Shown in pieces: positions 1 to 11,400 of a stretch of DNA of 26,509 nt. Within the stretch, counting starts at the first letter, position 1. The number at the start of each line of letters is the position of its first letter. The DNA is from Spirogloea muscicola (Eukaryota). The position numbers and the translations under genes were made by a program. A model generated the notes under the pieces. That model saw only the letters and a program-made list of their open reading frames with translations, did not search any database and had not been told where the DNA came from. The DNA lies in the NCBI GenBank assembly GCA_009602725.1, contig WELB01000018.1:414524-441032 (forward strand). Direction: 5' to 3'.

Positions 1-560
1 CGAAGTATCCCTTCGACCAGTGCAGATTGCAGACTTCAAAAACTGTAAGTCATACTACAATACTTGCACACTGATATGCAGCAGCGAATCAAGTGTCGCA
101 GCTTGCCAGGATTTTCAGAGCGGCCTCCATGATGCTTCATTGTGGACTAGAGCAGGACAAGCAATATACTTGCACACTGATACAGCAGCTTCTCAAGTGT
201 CGCAGCTTGCCGGGTTTTATCGATTGGCCACCATGAAGCTTCATAGTGGAGTGGAGCTGGACAAGCAGGAGACCCAGTTGGCGGTTGCAAGTAAGGCTGC
301 AAGTCGGGTGTAATCCTTTCTCCTCTGTGGCCAGGTTTTCAGAATCCAGTCAAGACGGAGGCAGTCTGCTGGTCCCGTGGAGAAGGACAGATGGCCAGCT
401 AGCTGTCAGGAGTGAGGAAGTCGAGAAGCGGCGCCAGCAGGAGCTGTCCGGGCCAGGTGAAGTAGCACAGTCTCAGGAGTTGCCAGCTCTTGAACGCGAC
501 CTTGAGGGCTCGGTGGCTGAGAATTTAGACCGGCTTGTGGTCGCGTTAAAACAAGAGCTC
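1..560. repeat. Dispersed repeat, copy 1 (homologous to 20320-20790); runs off the left edge of the window
   Basis: Collinear match by eye in the same orientation, e.g. CGAAGTATCCCTTCGAC / CGAAGTTTCCCCTTCGAC and TTGGCCACCATGAAGCTTCATAGTGGAGTGGAG..GGACAAGCAGGAGACC in both copies. This copy has an internal duplication (TACTTGCACACTGATA..CAAGTGTCGCAGCTTGCC at ~61-107 and ~167-211). Confidence 0.85.
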
Positions 561-940
561 CTCGGTGGCAAGCACTGGCCGCTTGTTGCTGCTAGGAAAG
601 TAAAAAAGTGCGGCCAAATTGACTGGTGGCTGGGAGAGCGACACCAATTGGCCGCCGGGGTTACCAACTGCCCGGGGGGAAAGTGGTGATCCAAGACGGG
701 GCGCAAAAGGCTTCTGCCTCGCATGGCTCCCCCCTCGGACGCCACCCCCCCTATTTCGCAATTCCCTCCTCGGTTATGTTGCACCGATCGCACGTCAGAG
801 CGGGCCTATATTGACGCGACAATGACCCATGCAATGGGCTTTCCAATGGCCATGCGTGGCTGGGCTTGGAGAAGGCAGCACCGCCACGATCCTCGCGAGG
901 TTCAGATTGGGCAATCCGTAGATCGTTTACACACTGTTCG

Positions 941-2410
941 GAGGCTGGTGCTTCTGTGCCGAGGCTGGTGCTTCGGCGTCCCCCTAGGCGCACCTGCCTT
1001 TGTGACGGAGCAGCTGCAGGCGCGGCTGCAGGAACACCTCCGGCCGGCGGACCGTCTTCACACGCTGCAGGACATGTAGCTGGCGACCGCTATGCTGACA
1101 CGATGCATGGCACAGCGGCCACACTATCTGGCCCGCACCATCCCTCCCTCATTGGCGGTGAAGGCAGCGTATTCGGCATTTGACTCTGGCATCCTGGCGT
1201 CCGCGGCCACCCTCGTGCAGCACCCCGCGCTCCTTTCCTCACCAGCTGCGCAGCTGCAGGCTAGCATGCCGGCCAGCCGCGGCGGCTTGGGATGCCGCTC
1301 AGTTGCCCGCGCCTGTGAGGCGGCCCACATGGGCAGCTGGGCTCACGTTGCAGCTCCCATGGGCCAGAGATTCATCGTCCACGGCCAGCGCGCCCTGGAG
1401 CGGGCGGCAGCTGAAGTGGAGAGCGGCCAGCTGCGCTTCCAGGTTGCCCTCCGCTCTGCCCGCGACGGGCTCTTGGCGGTCCACCCCAACATGTCGGAGC
1501 AGGCCGTCCCATTCATCCACCTCGCCCACACCCCTGACCTGCGTGCCCAGGCACGCCACACGGCGATGGTTGAAAAAGCGGCCTCTGACCAGGGTGGTGG
1601 AGCTTCTCCCTCCGTCTGACCTTCGCGGGCGCGCTCGGCTCCTTTCAGCCTCCTCCCCTGGGGCGGCGGCGTGGTCATCAGCGCTCCCACTCAACGCGGC
1701 GCTCACCATGCCCGATGAGGTCTTTCGGACGGCGGTCCACCGGCTCTTGGGCCTCCCCCCTCCCTGCCTCGTGGGCGTCACTCAGTGCGAGTGCGGTGCC
1801 CGTCACGCCGACCTGCGGAGCTGGCTGCGCATATGCTCCATTGCGCGCACGGGGGCGAGCGGACCGGCTCCCACGACCTCCTGCGAGATGGCATGCAGTG
1901 GGTGTTCATGGAGGCGGGCTTCAAGATGGCTGTGGAAAACACCTCAATAATGCCCATCCAGCTGGGCGCGGACGGCCAGCCCCATACTCGCCGCGCCGAC
2001 CTGGTCGCCATCCCGCCCGGCGGCGGTCCCCGCATCATCGCCAATGTGGTGACAACTGACTGCGTTGACTCCGCCAAACCCACCAGATTGGCGTCGATTG
2101 CAGGGCACGCGGTCGGCCTGGCGGCCCGGGGCAAGGAGCGCGAATACGCGGATCACCCTGCTGCTGATGAATTCGCGGCCCTGGCGATAGATGTTCACGG
2201 GACTTTCGGCAGCCGCTGGCTGGATCTCCTCCAGCGGCTTGCCCGTCAGGCCATTGACCGGCGGCCGGGTCAGCCAGGGGCGATGCCCGGCTTCAACGCC
2301 GCTAGTTCGCTCGCCCAGGTATTCCGAATGCGCCTGGCGGTATCGTATCAACGGTCCCTTGCCTACACCGTCCACACGCGTGCGGGCTATGGCCGCCGCC
2401 TCTGAAATCG
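941..2410 (+). mobile_element. 5'-truncated, disrupted CRE-like (RLE-type) non-LTR retrotransposon: RT thumb, CCHC zinc knuckle and PD-(D/E)xK endonuclease
   Basis: Stitched frames give GVPLGAPAFV...LTRCMAQRPHYLARTIPP...QASMPASRGGLGCR (end of RT/thumb), CECG...HMLHCAHGGERTGSHD (CCHC plus RHD-like motif) and RRADLVA...ANVVTTD...GKEREY...ALAIDVHGTFG...FRMRLAVSYQR (RLE). There is an in-frame stop at 1077-1079 and frameshifts near 1590 and 1815. A 14-bp direct repeat GAGGCTGGTGCTTC (941-954, 961-974) sits at the 5' junction. Confidence 0.85.
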
Positions 2411-2427
2411 GCGGAGTGCCTCTTTCC

Positions 2428-2900
2428 GATCACCCACCTGCCGACGAGTTCGTCCCCTTGGCGGTGGACGTGCACGGGGCTCTTGGGTCCCAGTGGCTTG
2501 ACCTGTTGGCTAGGCTTGCGCGGCGGGCTGTGTCCCGCCTACGCGGCGAGCCAGCCGACTTCAACGCCGCGGGCTCGTGGGCGCAGGTATATCGGATGCG
2601 CCTCTCTGTATCCCTGCAGCGGTCCATGGCCCACGCTCTGCATCTGCGAGCTGGCCGTGCTCTCGCTGCGGGCTCTGGCTTTCGTCAGGGTGATAGCTTC
2701 CCGGCAGCTAGTCTGTCGGATCTGAGGCTCCTCACTCGTACTTATTGAGTGATCCATCCTCCCCCTGGTTTACCATAGCATCCTCAGGCCCCTTTGTAGC
2801 TGCTCACCGCTCTTAGGCCCCTCTGAACCTTTGTGAATTCTTTTTGGGCTGGCTTTTCGCAGCCCTTGCCCCCATTGGGAGTGCCACTTCTTCTTCTTTT
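2428..2900 (+). mobile_element. 3' fragment of the CRE-like LINE (subfamily A): endonuclease C-terminus, 3'UTR and (TTC)n tail
   Basis: DHPPADEFVPLAVDVHGALGSQWLDLL...YRMRLSVSLQRSMAHALHLRAGRALAA...LLTRTY* (stop 2746-2748), then a UTR ending GGGAGTGCCACTTCTTCTTC. Near-identical to 6433-6808 (-), 6895-7058 (+) and 25675-25938 (-). Confidence 0.85.
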
Positions 2901-3335
2901 CTTCCAGGGACCCAGTTTCTCTGACCTGAGGCTGCACTTTCTTTCTGAGGCTGCTAGAAAGAATAGAAAGCTAAGCAGGGGTCACTGAGTGCTTCGTTTA
3001 GGGTACATTCGTAGCTGCTTAGTTTCTTGTGCTAGTTTTTCTCAGTGCTTCCCCTGGCCCCTTCGTGGGCTGGCTTTGCCAGCCCCTCTTCTCTATTGGC
3101 GAGCCCTTTCTTCGTGGGTATTGAGCTTCCCTAGTGTGATGTTGCGTTTGGTAGATTAGTCCTTCTTCTTCTCTCATTGTCCATTCTTTATGGGCTGGCT
3201 TTGCCAGCCCCTTTTCTCTATGGGCGAGCCCTTTCTCTTTCTTTGGCATCTCTTTCTTTGGCTTTGGACATTGTCCATTCTTTTTGGGCTGGCTTTGCCA
3301 GCCCCTCTTCTCTATGGGCGAGCCCTTTCTTCTCT
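2901..3335 (+). mobile_element. Head-to-tail stack of LINE 3' ends (subfamily B) with three hairpin units
   Basis: GGGCTGGCTTTGCCAGCCCCT.TTCTCTAT.GGCGAGCCCTTTC occurs three times (~3067, ~3192, ~3286), preceded by the ORF end ...CTAAGCAGGGGTCACTGA. Confidence 0.75.
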
Positions 3336-3427
3336 CACAGCCAGAGTCAACTTTGGAAGCGCTGTTCTTGTGGGGGGCATGGGCACTGGAGCACCGGCGT
3401 GTCGCTTTCCCTCCGCACGGGGGGCCT

Positions 3428-3523
3428 GGCTAACCGGGTGCACCCCACCCCCTTTGACCCCGGTTAGCCGGGTCCAAGCCCGGGTGCACCCCCGACCCCT
3501 TTTGACCCGGTTAGCCGGGTCCA
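3428..3523. repeat. GC-rich ~45-bp tandem duplication containing an 11-bp inverted repeat
   Basis: CCGGGTGCACCCC...CCGGTTAGCCGGGTCCA at 3434-3476 and 3480-3523; GGCTAACCGGG (3428-3438) pairs with CCCGGTTAGCC (3459-3469). Confidence 0.75.
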
Positions 3524-3974
3524 GCGAGGAGACGGCCGGGTGGATATTCCCCACCAGCGTGTGGAGGCGGGCTGCTGCCCCGCGGGCGGGCGGGGTCGCG
3601 AGCCCGCTGACTCCCTCGTCCCCGCCATTGGCAGTTGACCAGCCATCCCGTCGACTCTGGATGCTCCCAGGACGCCGCAGACCGTTGGCTGCCTCCCTGG
3701 CAATCGCCGCTCACTTGGCTCGATCGAGTCGGCTCTCGGCCCATCAATGGGCTCGCGCGTTTCGCTTGCCATCATAGACACCTTCGCGCTTCCAGCCAAT
3801 CTTGAGCCGACTGCTGCGCGCCCACCCCGCTCCACCCCCCCCTCCCCACTTGAGGTTGCTGAGGTCCTCGTCCAAGTCGTACCTTTTCAAGTGCACCATC
3901 TACCTATATTTACGCACTCTGGTAGCCTTCTCAAGCGCTTTGCCAAACATTATCTCTGTTTATCTGACACCCAG

Positions 3975-4320
3975 GGTACATCACTACAAAGCTGTCATGC
4001 TCGAAGTGCGGAGTGCAGATCCAAAGTGTGTGACTTCTTTCATGCATCGTATGAGGCTGAAGTTGCAGAGTTTAGGTTCCTTCTGGAGGGTTACCCAGAT
4101 GAGCGGTACAGATTACAGCACCTTTGCCAAATGCAGCAAAAGTGCTGGCTTCATGAGCCGCTTACCCAATAAATTCTCCTACATTCCAATACAGTTCCTC
4201 TTGCAATGTGCACACAAGTCATGGCTTGTGGTGCCTGTGCAGCAAAGGTGTGTGTAAAACGTTGCATTCCATTGACCCTCAGCTGATCACGTCTGTGCAT
4301 CAAGAACCATCAAAAGGCTG
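3975..4320 (+). pseudogene. Possible Mutator (MULE) transposase relic with a degenerate SWIM finger
   Basis: DFFHASYEAEVAEFRFLLEGYPDERYRLQHLCQMQQKCW resembles the MULE 'EF..LL..YP...L..L....KW' segment, and YSSSCNVHTSHGLWCLC resembles the SWIM motif CxC-x-GLxCxH. Motif resemblance only. Confidence 0.3.
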
Positions 4321-4362
4321 TGTTGGCTTTCGCTTGGGCAGCATTGTCTTGCTGAGGGTTGA

Positions 4363-5116
4363 TGTAACGTCCCTGTCCCTAATCACACAGTTAGGGTCAG
4401 AACGTCCTGTTTGGCTTTCGGACACAGGGTGTTTTGGAGACAACCCCCTTACAGAATGGAACGCCAGCGAACACAGCGCACACGTACGCGCACATAGCGC
4501 AGCGGAAGTCTTACCCTGAGGCACCGCCGGAAGGCGGCGACCCGACCGAGGGTCAGCAGCTGTCCCCGCAAGGGGCACGGCCATGGTACTTACAGAGAGC
4601 CGGCGAGGCCCGCAGCGACGAGCTGCGGCGACGGGCTGGGCAGCAGGCGGCAGCAGCAGAGCTGTGGCGGCGGCTGCGGCAGCAGGCAGCAGCAGGGCTG
4701 TGCCTCTCTTCGCGTCACGGGGCCGACTGAGGAGTCTGGCCTCGGCCTGCTGCTGATAAGCGTTCCATCTGTCCATTCTTTTCTGGGCTGGCTTTGCTAG
4801 CCACTCTTTTCCTAAGGGCGAGCCATCTCTCCATCTGCCACCCCTCTCCCGAGGGTGTGACGAGGGTTGCCCCAAGGTCCTCCTCCGGAGGGGCGGGCCT
4901 GACGAACGGCGATACGAATCCAGAGGACTGGCGCGTGCTGCGCGTGGCGCGTGCCGCGCGTGGCGCGTGCCGAACGGGCCCAGGGTTTCAGCCCATACTT
5001 GGCTACACGTAGTGGAGCGAGGTTACCCGGACCGTGGGACTCTCAAACGGTAGATACGATACGATCATGTAAGGTTACCGGTACCGTTGGCACGCTCAAA
5101 CGGAGGGAACTTTACA
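4363..5116 (+). mobile_element. Solo LTR (754 bp), probably Ty3/Gypsy-type
   Basis: Starts TGTAAC, ends TTTACA, and is flanked by a perfect 5-bp TSD GTTGA (4358-4362 and 5117-5121). Homologous to 22084-22280 and 24603-25286. Strand is relative to those copies only. Confidence 0.85.
4772..4829 (+). mobile_element. 58-bp LINE 3'-end micro-insertion inside the solo LTR
   Basis: TCCATTCTTTTCTGGGCTGGCTTTGCTAGCC...GGGCGAGCC flanked by the 8-bp direct repeat TCCATCTG (4764-4771, 4830-4837). Confidence 0.7.
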
Positions 5117-5635
5117 GTTGAAGTCAGGTGCTCCGCTGCTTCTTGTACTGGGGTTGGTGGCAGGTAAGTGCAACCACCCAGATATACCCCCGGCCCTTTA
5201 AGGAGGTCTCGATGGCCTCCATGCGCTGCTTCATTGTCGCCACCTGCCGCTCCAGCTCTGCATCCTTGGTTTTCAATGCCGGCATTCGAGAGATGCAATG
5301 AAGTTGCTTCTCAAGTTCATGTGATGTGTGGTAGTGTGTTCTGTGTCATGGTGGAAAGTGTTCCTTAGTCAGGACTGGGACCTACTGTAGCCACTGTTCT
5401 TCCGTTGCAGCCTTGTATGAAATTTGCACTCAGCACATGATTGCGCACAACTCGCGTTCTTGTCGGTGAGTCTCCTCTTTTCTTGACTCAGAGATGGCAA
5501 TTCTTGAGACTTCATATATGACCACGCTCGTCCACACCTGTGAGTGCAAGCCAAGGTGCAGATATGTGCAGACGTTGTGAGGATGCATTTTGTAGAGAGC
5601 TACCGAGTGTGCTATCATCCTAGGTCTACAGAGAA

Positions 5636-6320
5636 AGTCCATAAAGAACAGGGGCTGGCAAAGCCAGCCCAAAAAGAATGGACAATGTCCAAAGCCAAAG
5701 AAAGAAGAAGAAAGTGCTCGCCCATTGAGAATAGGGGCTGGAACAACCAGCCCGAAAAAGAATGAACAGAGTACGAGAAGGGGGCCAGGGGAAGCGCTAA
5801 GTAACAGAAACAAAGCTGCTACGAGACACTCAGTAACCCCTGCTAAGCAGCCGCAGATCAGAGATGCTGGGCTCCTGGAAGTGGGTCCCCTGGCCAGAGC
5901 CAGAGGCAGCAGCGAGGGCTCTGCCGGCACGAAGGTGCAGCGCCCGGGCCATGGACCTCTGCAGCGAGAAGGCCAGGCACATTCGATACACTTGCGCCAG
6001 CGACCCGGCTGCAGGGAAGTCAACCGGCTCCCCATGGAAGCGCCGGGCGATGGTGTGGCGGGCGAGCTGGGTGAGCAGCTCGAGCCACCGAGCGCCCAGC
6101 GCCCCATGTGTGTCGATGGCCAACGGGAAGAACTCGTCTTCCCGCGGATGATCCGCGTACTTCAGCTCTTTGGCCCGAGCAGCGCAGGCGACCGCATACC
6201 CAGCCGTGGTGGCACATTTGGCTGGGTGTGAGCGGTCATAGGCATCAGTAGTCACCACGTCCAGGAGAAGACGTGGCCCGCCGGCCTGTCGGGTGGCCAC
6301 CAGGTCTACACGCCTGGCAT
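5636..6320 (-). mobile_element. 5'-truncated CRE-like LINE (subfamily B) with intact endonuclease C-terminus plus an extra 3' end
   Basis: RRVDLVATRQAGGPRLLLDVVTTD...ARAKELKYADHPREDEFFPLAIDTHGALG...RMCLAFSLQR...LSRGY* (ORF 5830-6300), followed by two hairpin-bearing 3' UTR units (~5715-5765 and ~5650-5690). Confidence 0.85.
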
Positions 6321-6432
6321 GGAGACCGTCGGCCGAGGAGTCGGAAAAAGACTACACTACAAAACACAAGACAATGCAGAGGGAAGCTCAGTACCTGCGA
6401 GTGAGCAACATCAGGTCCGAGTAGCTCGCTCG

Positions 6433-6808
6433 GAAAGAAGAAGAAGTGGCACTCCCAATGGGGGCAAGGGCTGCGAAAAGCCAGCCCAAAAAGAATTCAC
6501 AAAGGATCAGAGGGGCCTAAGAGCGGTGAGCAGCTACAAAGGGGCCTGAGGATGCAATGGTAAAACAGGGGGAGGATGGATCACTCAATAAGTACGAGTG
6601 AGGAGCCTCAGATCCGACAGACTAGCTGCCGGGAAGCTATCACCCTGACGAAAGCCAGAGCCCGCAGCGAGAGCACGGCCAGCTCGCAGATGCAGAGCGT
6701 GGGCCATGGACCGCTGCAGGGATACAGAGAGGCGCATCCGATATACCTGAGCCCACGAGCCCGCGGCGTTGAAGTCGGCTGGCTCGCCGCGTCTGCGGGA
6801 CACAGCCC
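6433..6808 (-). mobile_element. LINE 3' fragment (subfamily A), nearly identical to 2526-2900
   Basis: Same peptide (GEPADFNAAGSWAQVYRMRLSVSLQRSMAHALHLRAGRALAAGSGFRQGDSFPAASLSDLRLLTRTY), same UTR and (TTC)n tail. Confidence 0.85.
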
Positions 6809-6894
6809 ACGCTAAAAGAAGAACAGGGCGGAGGGCTGTGAAAAGCCAGTCCAGAACGGACCAAGGTCCTCGATGCCCGTTCCGCGCCAGGCCC

Positions 6895-7058
6895 CTCCTC
6901 ACTCGTACTTATTGAGTGATCCATCCTCCCCCTGTTTTACCATTGCATCCTCAGGCCCCTTTGTAGCTGCTCACCGCTCTTAGGCCCCTCTGAACCTTTG
7001 TGCATTCTTTTTGGGCTGGCTTTCGCAGCCTTGCCCCCATTGGGAGTGCCACTTCTTT
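6895..7058 (+). mobile_element. LINE 3' fragment (subfamily A), inverted relative to 6443-6606
   Basis: CTCCTCACTCGTACTTATTGAGTGATCCATCC...GGGAGTGCCACTTCTTTC is the reverse complement of 6443-6606. Confidence 0.85.
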
Positions 7059-7244
7059 CAGTCCTCCTGGAAAAGGCAAGACCCCCTCGACCACCCCCAC
7101 GATACAGACCGACCCGGCCGCTGCCTGCCTCCTGATCGTGGTGGCTGCCCCGCCCCGCCACGGGCGCGGCGGCCGCGAGCTCGCCGCCGCTCGCCGCTGC
7201 AGCCTCGGTGCGCCGCTGCGCTCGCCGCTGTGCGGCAGACGACC

Positions 7245-7683
7245 ATGGCGTCGCGCCGTCGTTCTCCCACCGGCTGGCCGGGTGAGCCCCATTGCCAAGT
7301 GCGGCCTGCCGTGTGAGAGCGCTCGTTTCGCCTTGGGCCCGGGAGGCCAGCTCCGTCGTGCAAGCAGCCGGACTGCAGCTGCGCTCCAGTCGCCTGCTGC
7401 ATTGTCAATGAAATCCCGTTGGAGCTTAGAGCGAGGAGCGAAGTGAATGCCACTGTGAACACCGACGCTCCGCAGTGACAGCACACTCGCTGTTGCGCAC
7501 TTGCTGTAGACGCTGCCTGGTGTATTGCCGCCATAGAGCCGCTACGTCAGTCCTTTTCCGCCGAGTGCTTAAGTTGGCAATTGAGCTTCTCCTGACTTCT
7601 CGTGGGCCATGCAGGGGCTGGTGGCGCTGCTGCTGCAGGCCTGTACTTTCTGATTGTTGTCAGCTGCACTCGTCCTGGAGCTG
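7245..7683 (+). CDS. Tentative first two exons of the A2M-like gene (signal-peptide/anchor-like N-terminus)
   Basis: gaccATGG at 7245, donor G|GTGAG at 7282, acceptor CATGCAG at 7614; spliced MASRRRSPTGWPGAGGAAAAGLYFLIVVSCTRPGA. The phase does not join exon 7939 directly, so one small exon is missing or this model is wrong. Confidence 0.4.
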
Positions 7684-8349
7684 GTAACGCAGTGACCCAA
7701 GCGTCTCTGCGTCGACAGAAGCCTTGTAGCTTGACTGAGCGTGCCGTGGTGCTGCAGAGTCATCTGCCCTTCTGAGCTGCTGAAATGAAGCAAGGGCATA
7801 GGATATGCCAGCCCATGCACGCTGCTTTACAGACTGTGTTGCTACTTTGCTCAGCTGAAGCACCTGCAGCTGTTTCAGCCTGTTCTCAAGTGTGTCCCCC
7901 TGCCTCCTGCCTGCTGCTACAGGCTTGCTCCCTTTCAGGATACTGTCAATTGAGCCAGCACCAATGAAGGACATGTCACAACCTGAACTCGATGGGTTGA
8001 CACCGATTACTGTGAGTCATTGCGCGTGTTTCACACAATTATCCTGGAAGGGTAGTGTATCTTGCTGAGGCTCTTATGATGAGATTGCCATATTCTCATG
8101 TCAAGCAGGAGTTCTCCAGTACTCTCAGCTCAATGGTTGAGGTGACAGATTCGTATCAGGTCATCTGTTTGCAGCAAACAGATGCGTAGCACCTGCTCCA
8201 TTTCGAATGCCTGCAGCCAACTCAGTCATGATGAGTGCAGATGACCTTCACAAGGGCTGCCCTAGCACTGGGTGCCGACCATGGCAGTAGCGGAGGTCAA
8301 CAACCTTTTGTTCTTTCTGAGCCAATTCCTGGCAAATACCACTGGTCAG

Positions 8350-8409
<60 letters not shown>

Positions 8410-11400
8410 CCCTCCCAACTTGCAGCATCAGTGCTGGGTCCACAGATGTCTTCGTGTGGTGCACGTATGTTGCTGCTGGCCGAGATGCTTCAGATTGTCA
8501 GATTCCTTTGTACGATCAAAGCCACTTTTGCAACCTTGCGACTGACTGTCATGTCTTTGTCCACTCCTCAGAATCACTTTACCCGCTTGATGCAGGGTCT
8601 CTACCTCAGTATACAGATTTGACCCTGATGAAACCTGGCCTCCTGATCTGACCATCGCACTGAATCTTTGTCGTAACTACACCTCTTTTGACGGTTATGA
8701 GTGAGTGAACTGCTCAGGCCTCGGATCCACTTTGCTGCAAATTCTGAGTACTTAGGCATGACTCACCTGATCTAGCTTCTGTGAGAATGCGTGATGGCAA
8801 CTGAATGGTCAGGCAACATGTTACTGCAGGCTGGATACTGTTGGGTTGTGGGACCACAAGCTGATACTTCACACAAGGCCCTTGGATATCAGTGTGGCCA
8901 CTGTTCTATCCACCAGTGCCACCAACTTCACAGTATGCAGTGCATGAAGAATCAAATTGGTTGACATACTGACTTGTATGACGTATTATATGTGTGATAT
9001 ATGTAACATATGCCCTCAACCTCCGTGCGCCAAGCTGCACCTCGATTGTGTGCATCGTGCTGCTCCCCTTCTGCAGGGTGGCATGTGGTCAAGCCAGCAA
9101 TGCCACAACGGCCATCATGAGGAAGTGTCAGCCACTCATGAAGTGCCCCCTGATGGAAGGTATCAAGTCATCCTGCCTCTGCCTTGCAAGCGCAGCCCTC
9201 TCGCGGCAACATCCCTTGACTTCACAAGGATCAAGTTTGTGTCCATCTCCCGCACTCAAGAGATTGCATTTGGTCTGGATTGTTCCCCAACGTTCTCCTG
9301 TCTTTCAATAATCGATTGGCTGCTTTGCTGCAGACTTGTCCTCACGTTCTCAAGCGCTGTCAACATTGCACGGGTGCAGGAGGCCTTAAGGGTATGGAAT
9401 CAGCCCTCAGCCAAGAAGTGAGGCGTCTAGGTTCCACCTGCAATGACGTGACCAGAGCTGCTAGATTGTGCAGGTCTGGTAACTTACGTAACAGTAGTTG
9501 CTCTGGAAGGGCCCCACCTGTTCTGATTTGCAGCAATATCGACCACTGCGCTCATGCCAGATATCGGCCACTTCTGGGGCTGCTACGAATCATTTTGTAA
9601 TCAACGTCACAAGGTGGCAAGATCCGCCAGATTGGCTAGCTTCGCCATGGCAGACATACAGAATGTTGCAGAGAGAAGCCGATTATGGGTGGTCCTCTCA
9701 GGACCATTGGCCCCATCAATATGAAAATGGGGCTGTGATTGTGCAGCTGACATCAAGCTCTGTAAAAGGTGCATTACAGTGGGGGTCAGAGTACATTCTG
9801 ACCTTTGCAGAGGGTGCAAGGCTTCACCCACTCGGAGGACCAATGAGCACCCCCTTTACTGTCAAGATCACAGGACTCTGCAGATTCTTTATCCCGCTTC
9901 CAAAGGAGACAAGGCAGCTCAGTGATATCAGCGGCCGTTACTCGTTTTCAAGGAAGATAAGACGACGTCTGAGCGGTTACAACACAGTCTTGTAAGGAGT
10001 AACTCAGTCTGTCGCAAATTTTATGTCAGCTTAAATTTTACACTGAGTGTGGCACTGCATGTCATCGGTTATGGGAACGTTTGCTGACATGGTAGTCTGC
10101 ATTGGGGTTGATTTGCTGATTTTGCTATATTGTGAGTGCATCAGCTATCGTCGCCTTGTGCTCAACCTCCCACATGGACTAGGGACAGCTGTGACAAGGA
10201 GGGCATTGAGGGAAGCTTTTGTTGTGCAAGAAGTGACAGGAAAGGGGACTCATGGCATGCCACTGCCTATCAACGTGTCACGCTTATCAGCAGGCTCCCT
10301 CTGTATTCACACTCCGTTGGAATGCGGGCGCAAATATGTGAGCATGAATTGTCTGATTGACCCAAAGAGCTTATCTTTGTCCAGTACTCCTGTCTAAGGC
10401 GTCCATCACCATTGAGCGAATGCCACACCAGCGTGTGTGCCACACCAGTGTCATTGATGTTGCATCTTAATCAAACTCATCATACTACTGCTATTGCATC
10501 CTAGCTGATCTTCGGCTGATCTGCATGACAGAAACTCTTCGTCCGAAACACGAGCCTTGTAGTAGATGGATACGGGCAACCTTTGGAGAGTTCAAGTATC
10601 ATCTTCAACATGGGCAATGCATCTCGGCTCTTCAGAGATGCTGCATTCAATCCGCTTTTCTCCTGGGGCGGTTATGGTATTACGAGTCATCTTTGTCCTG
10701 CTACGATGATTGGCAGAGCACCAGATTGCCCCCTGCTTACAGAAGCCAGTATAGTATCATCAGATGTTGGCGGGCTGCTGTCAGAACCCGGAGAGTCCTG
10801 ACGTGATGTGCATTTGCAGTGGCAGAACAGGGAGCTTTGTTGGAGGAGGGAACAGGTTGGGATGGTACTTGGCCCATCTGCACCCAAAGGCCTGAAGAGT
10901 TTCGTGCAACAAGGTCTCTTCATGCCACTAGGAGCTGCGCTGTTGCTGCTACTGTGCCTTCACAGGGTCTATGCAGAAACCATTAGAGCAATTCTTGGAC
11001 TAAAAATTTCAGCAGCATCAAGGAGCAGCTACCATCTGACACATATCCCAGCTTGCTGTCTGTGAGAGCTTGGAATATCGAGAGTAACATAAGCCCACTA
11101 AGGAAGTGGAGCCTAGATCCTGGCCCTCTTGACTGGCACACGATGGGAGCCTCAAGACGTCCTCCTGAACTGTCTGTGAGCACCTTCTTGTTGAGCATCT
11201 TAATTTTGCTTTTCTTTTAGGGGCAATCCACCCTCAACCATTCGACATAAGGTCACGTTTCATGTAAATTTGCTCCTTTCTTTACAGAATGCCTCTGGAA
11301 ATGTCTTACAGTGGCTGTTTGTCTTTTGGCAGGTTGACCTCATGTCTGAGGAGGCAATGCAAATAACACCTGACAATGCTAGTAGGCTCCTCGGGACTTC

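Noticed and set aside
2840..3310. Rho-independent terminators (GC hairpin plus T-run)
   Set aside because: Eukaryotic locus; the T-run precedes the hairpin and the motif tracks retrotransposon 3' ends.
3060..3335. CRISPR-like array of palindromic repeats
   Set aside because: Repeats are ~45 nt with irregular 50-80-nt spacers, match dispersed LINE 3' UTRs elsewhere in the window, and there are no cas genes in this eukaryotic context.
4300..7534. Long Ala/Arg/Pro-rich ORFs (e.g. 4300-4875, 5430-6107, 5725-6231, 6951-7484)
   Set aside because: Alternative-frame or antisense shadows of GC-rich LTR and LINE sequence with no recognisable domains.
8235..8651. His/Thr-repeat protein ORFs (HTHTHT...)
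   Set aside because: Read-through of an intronic (CA)n microsatellite.
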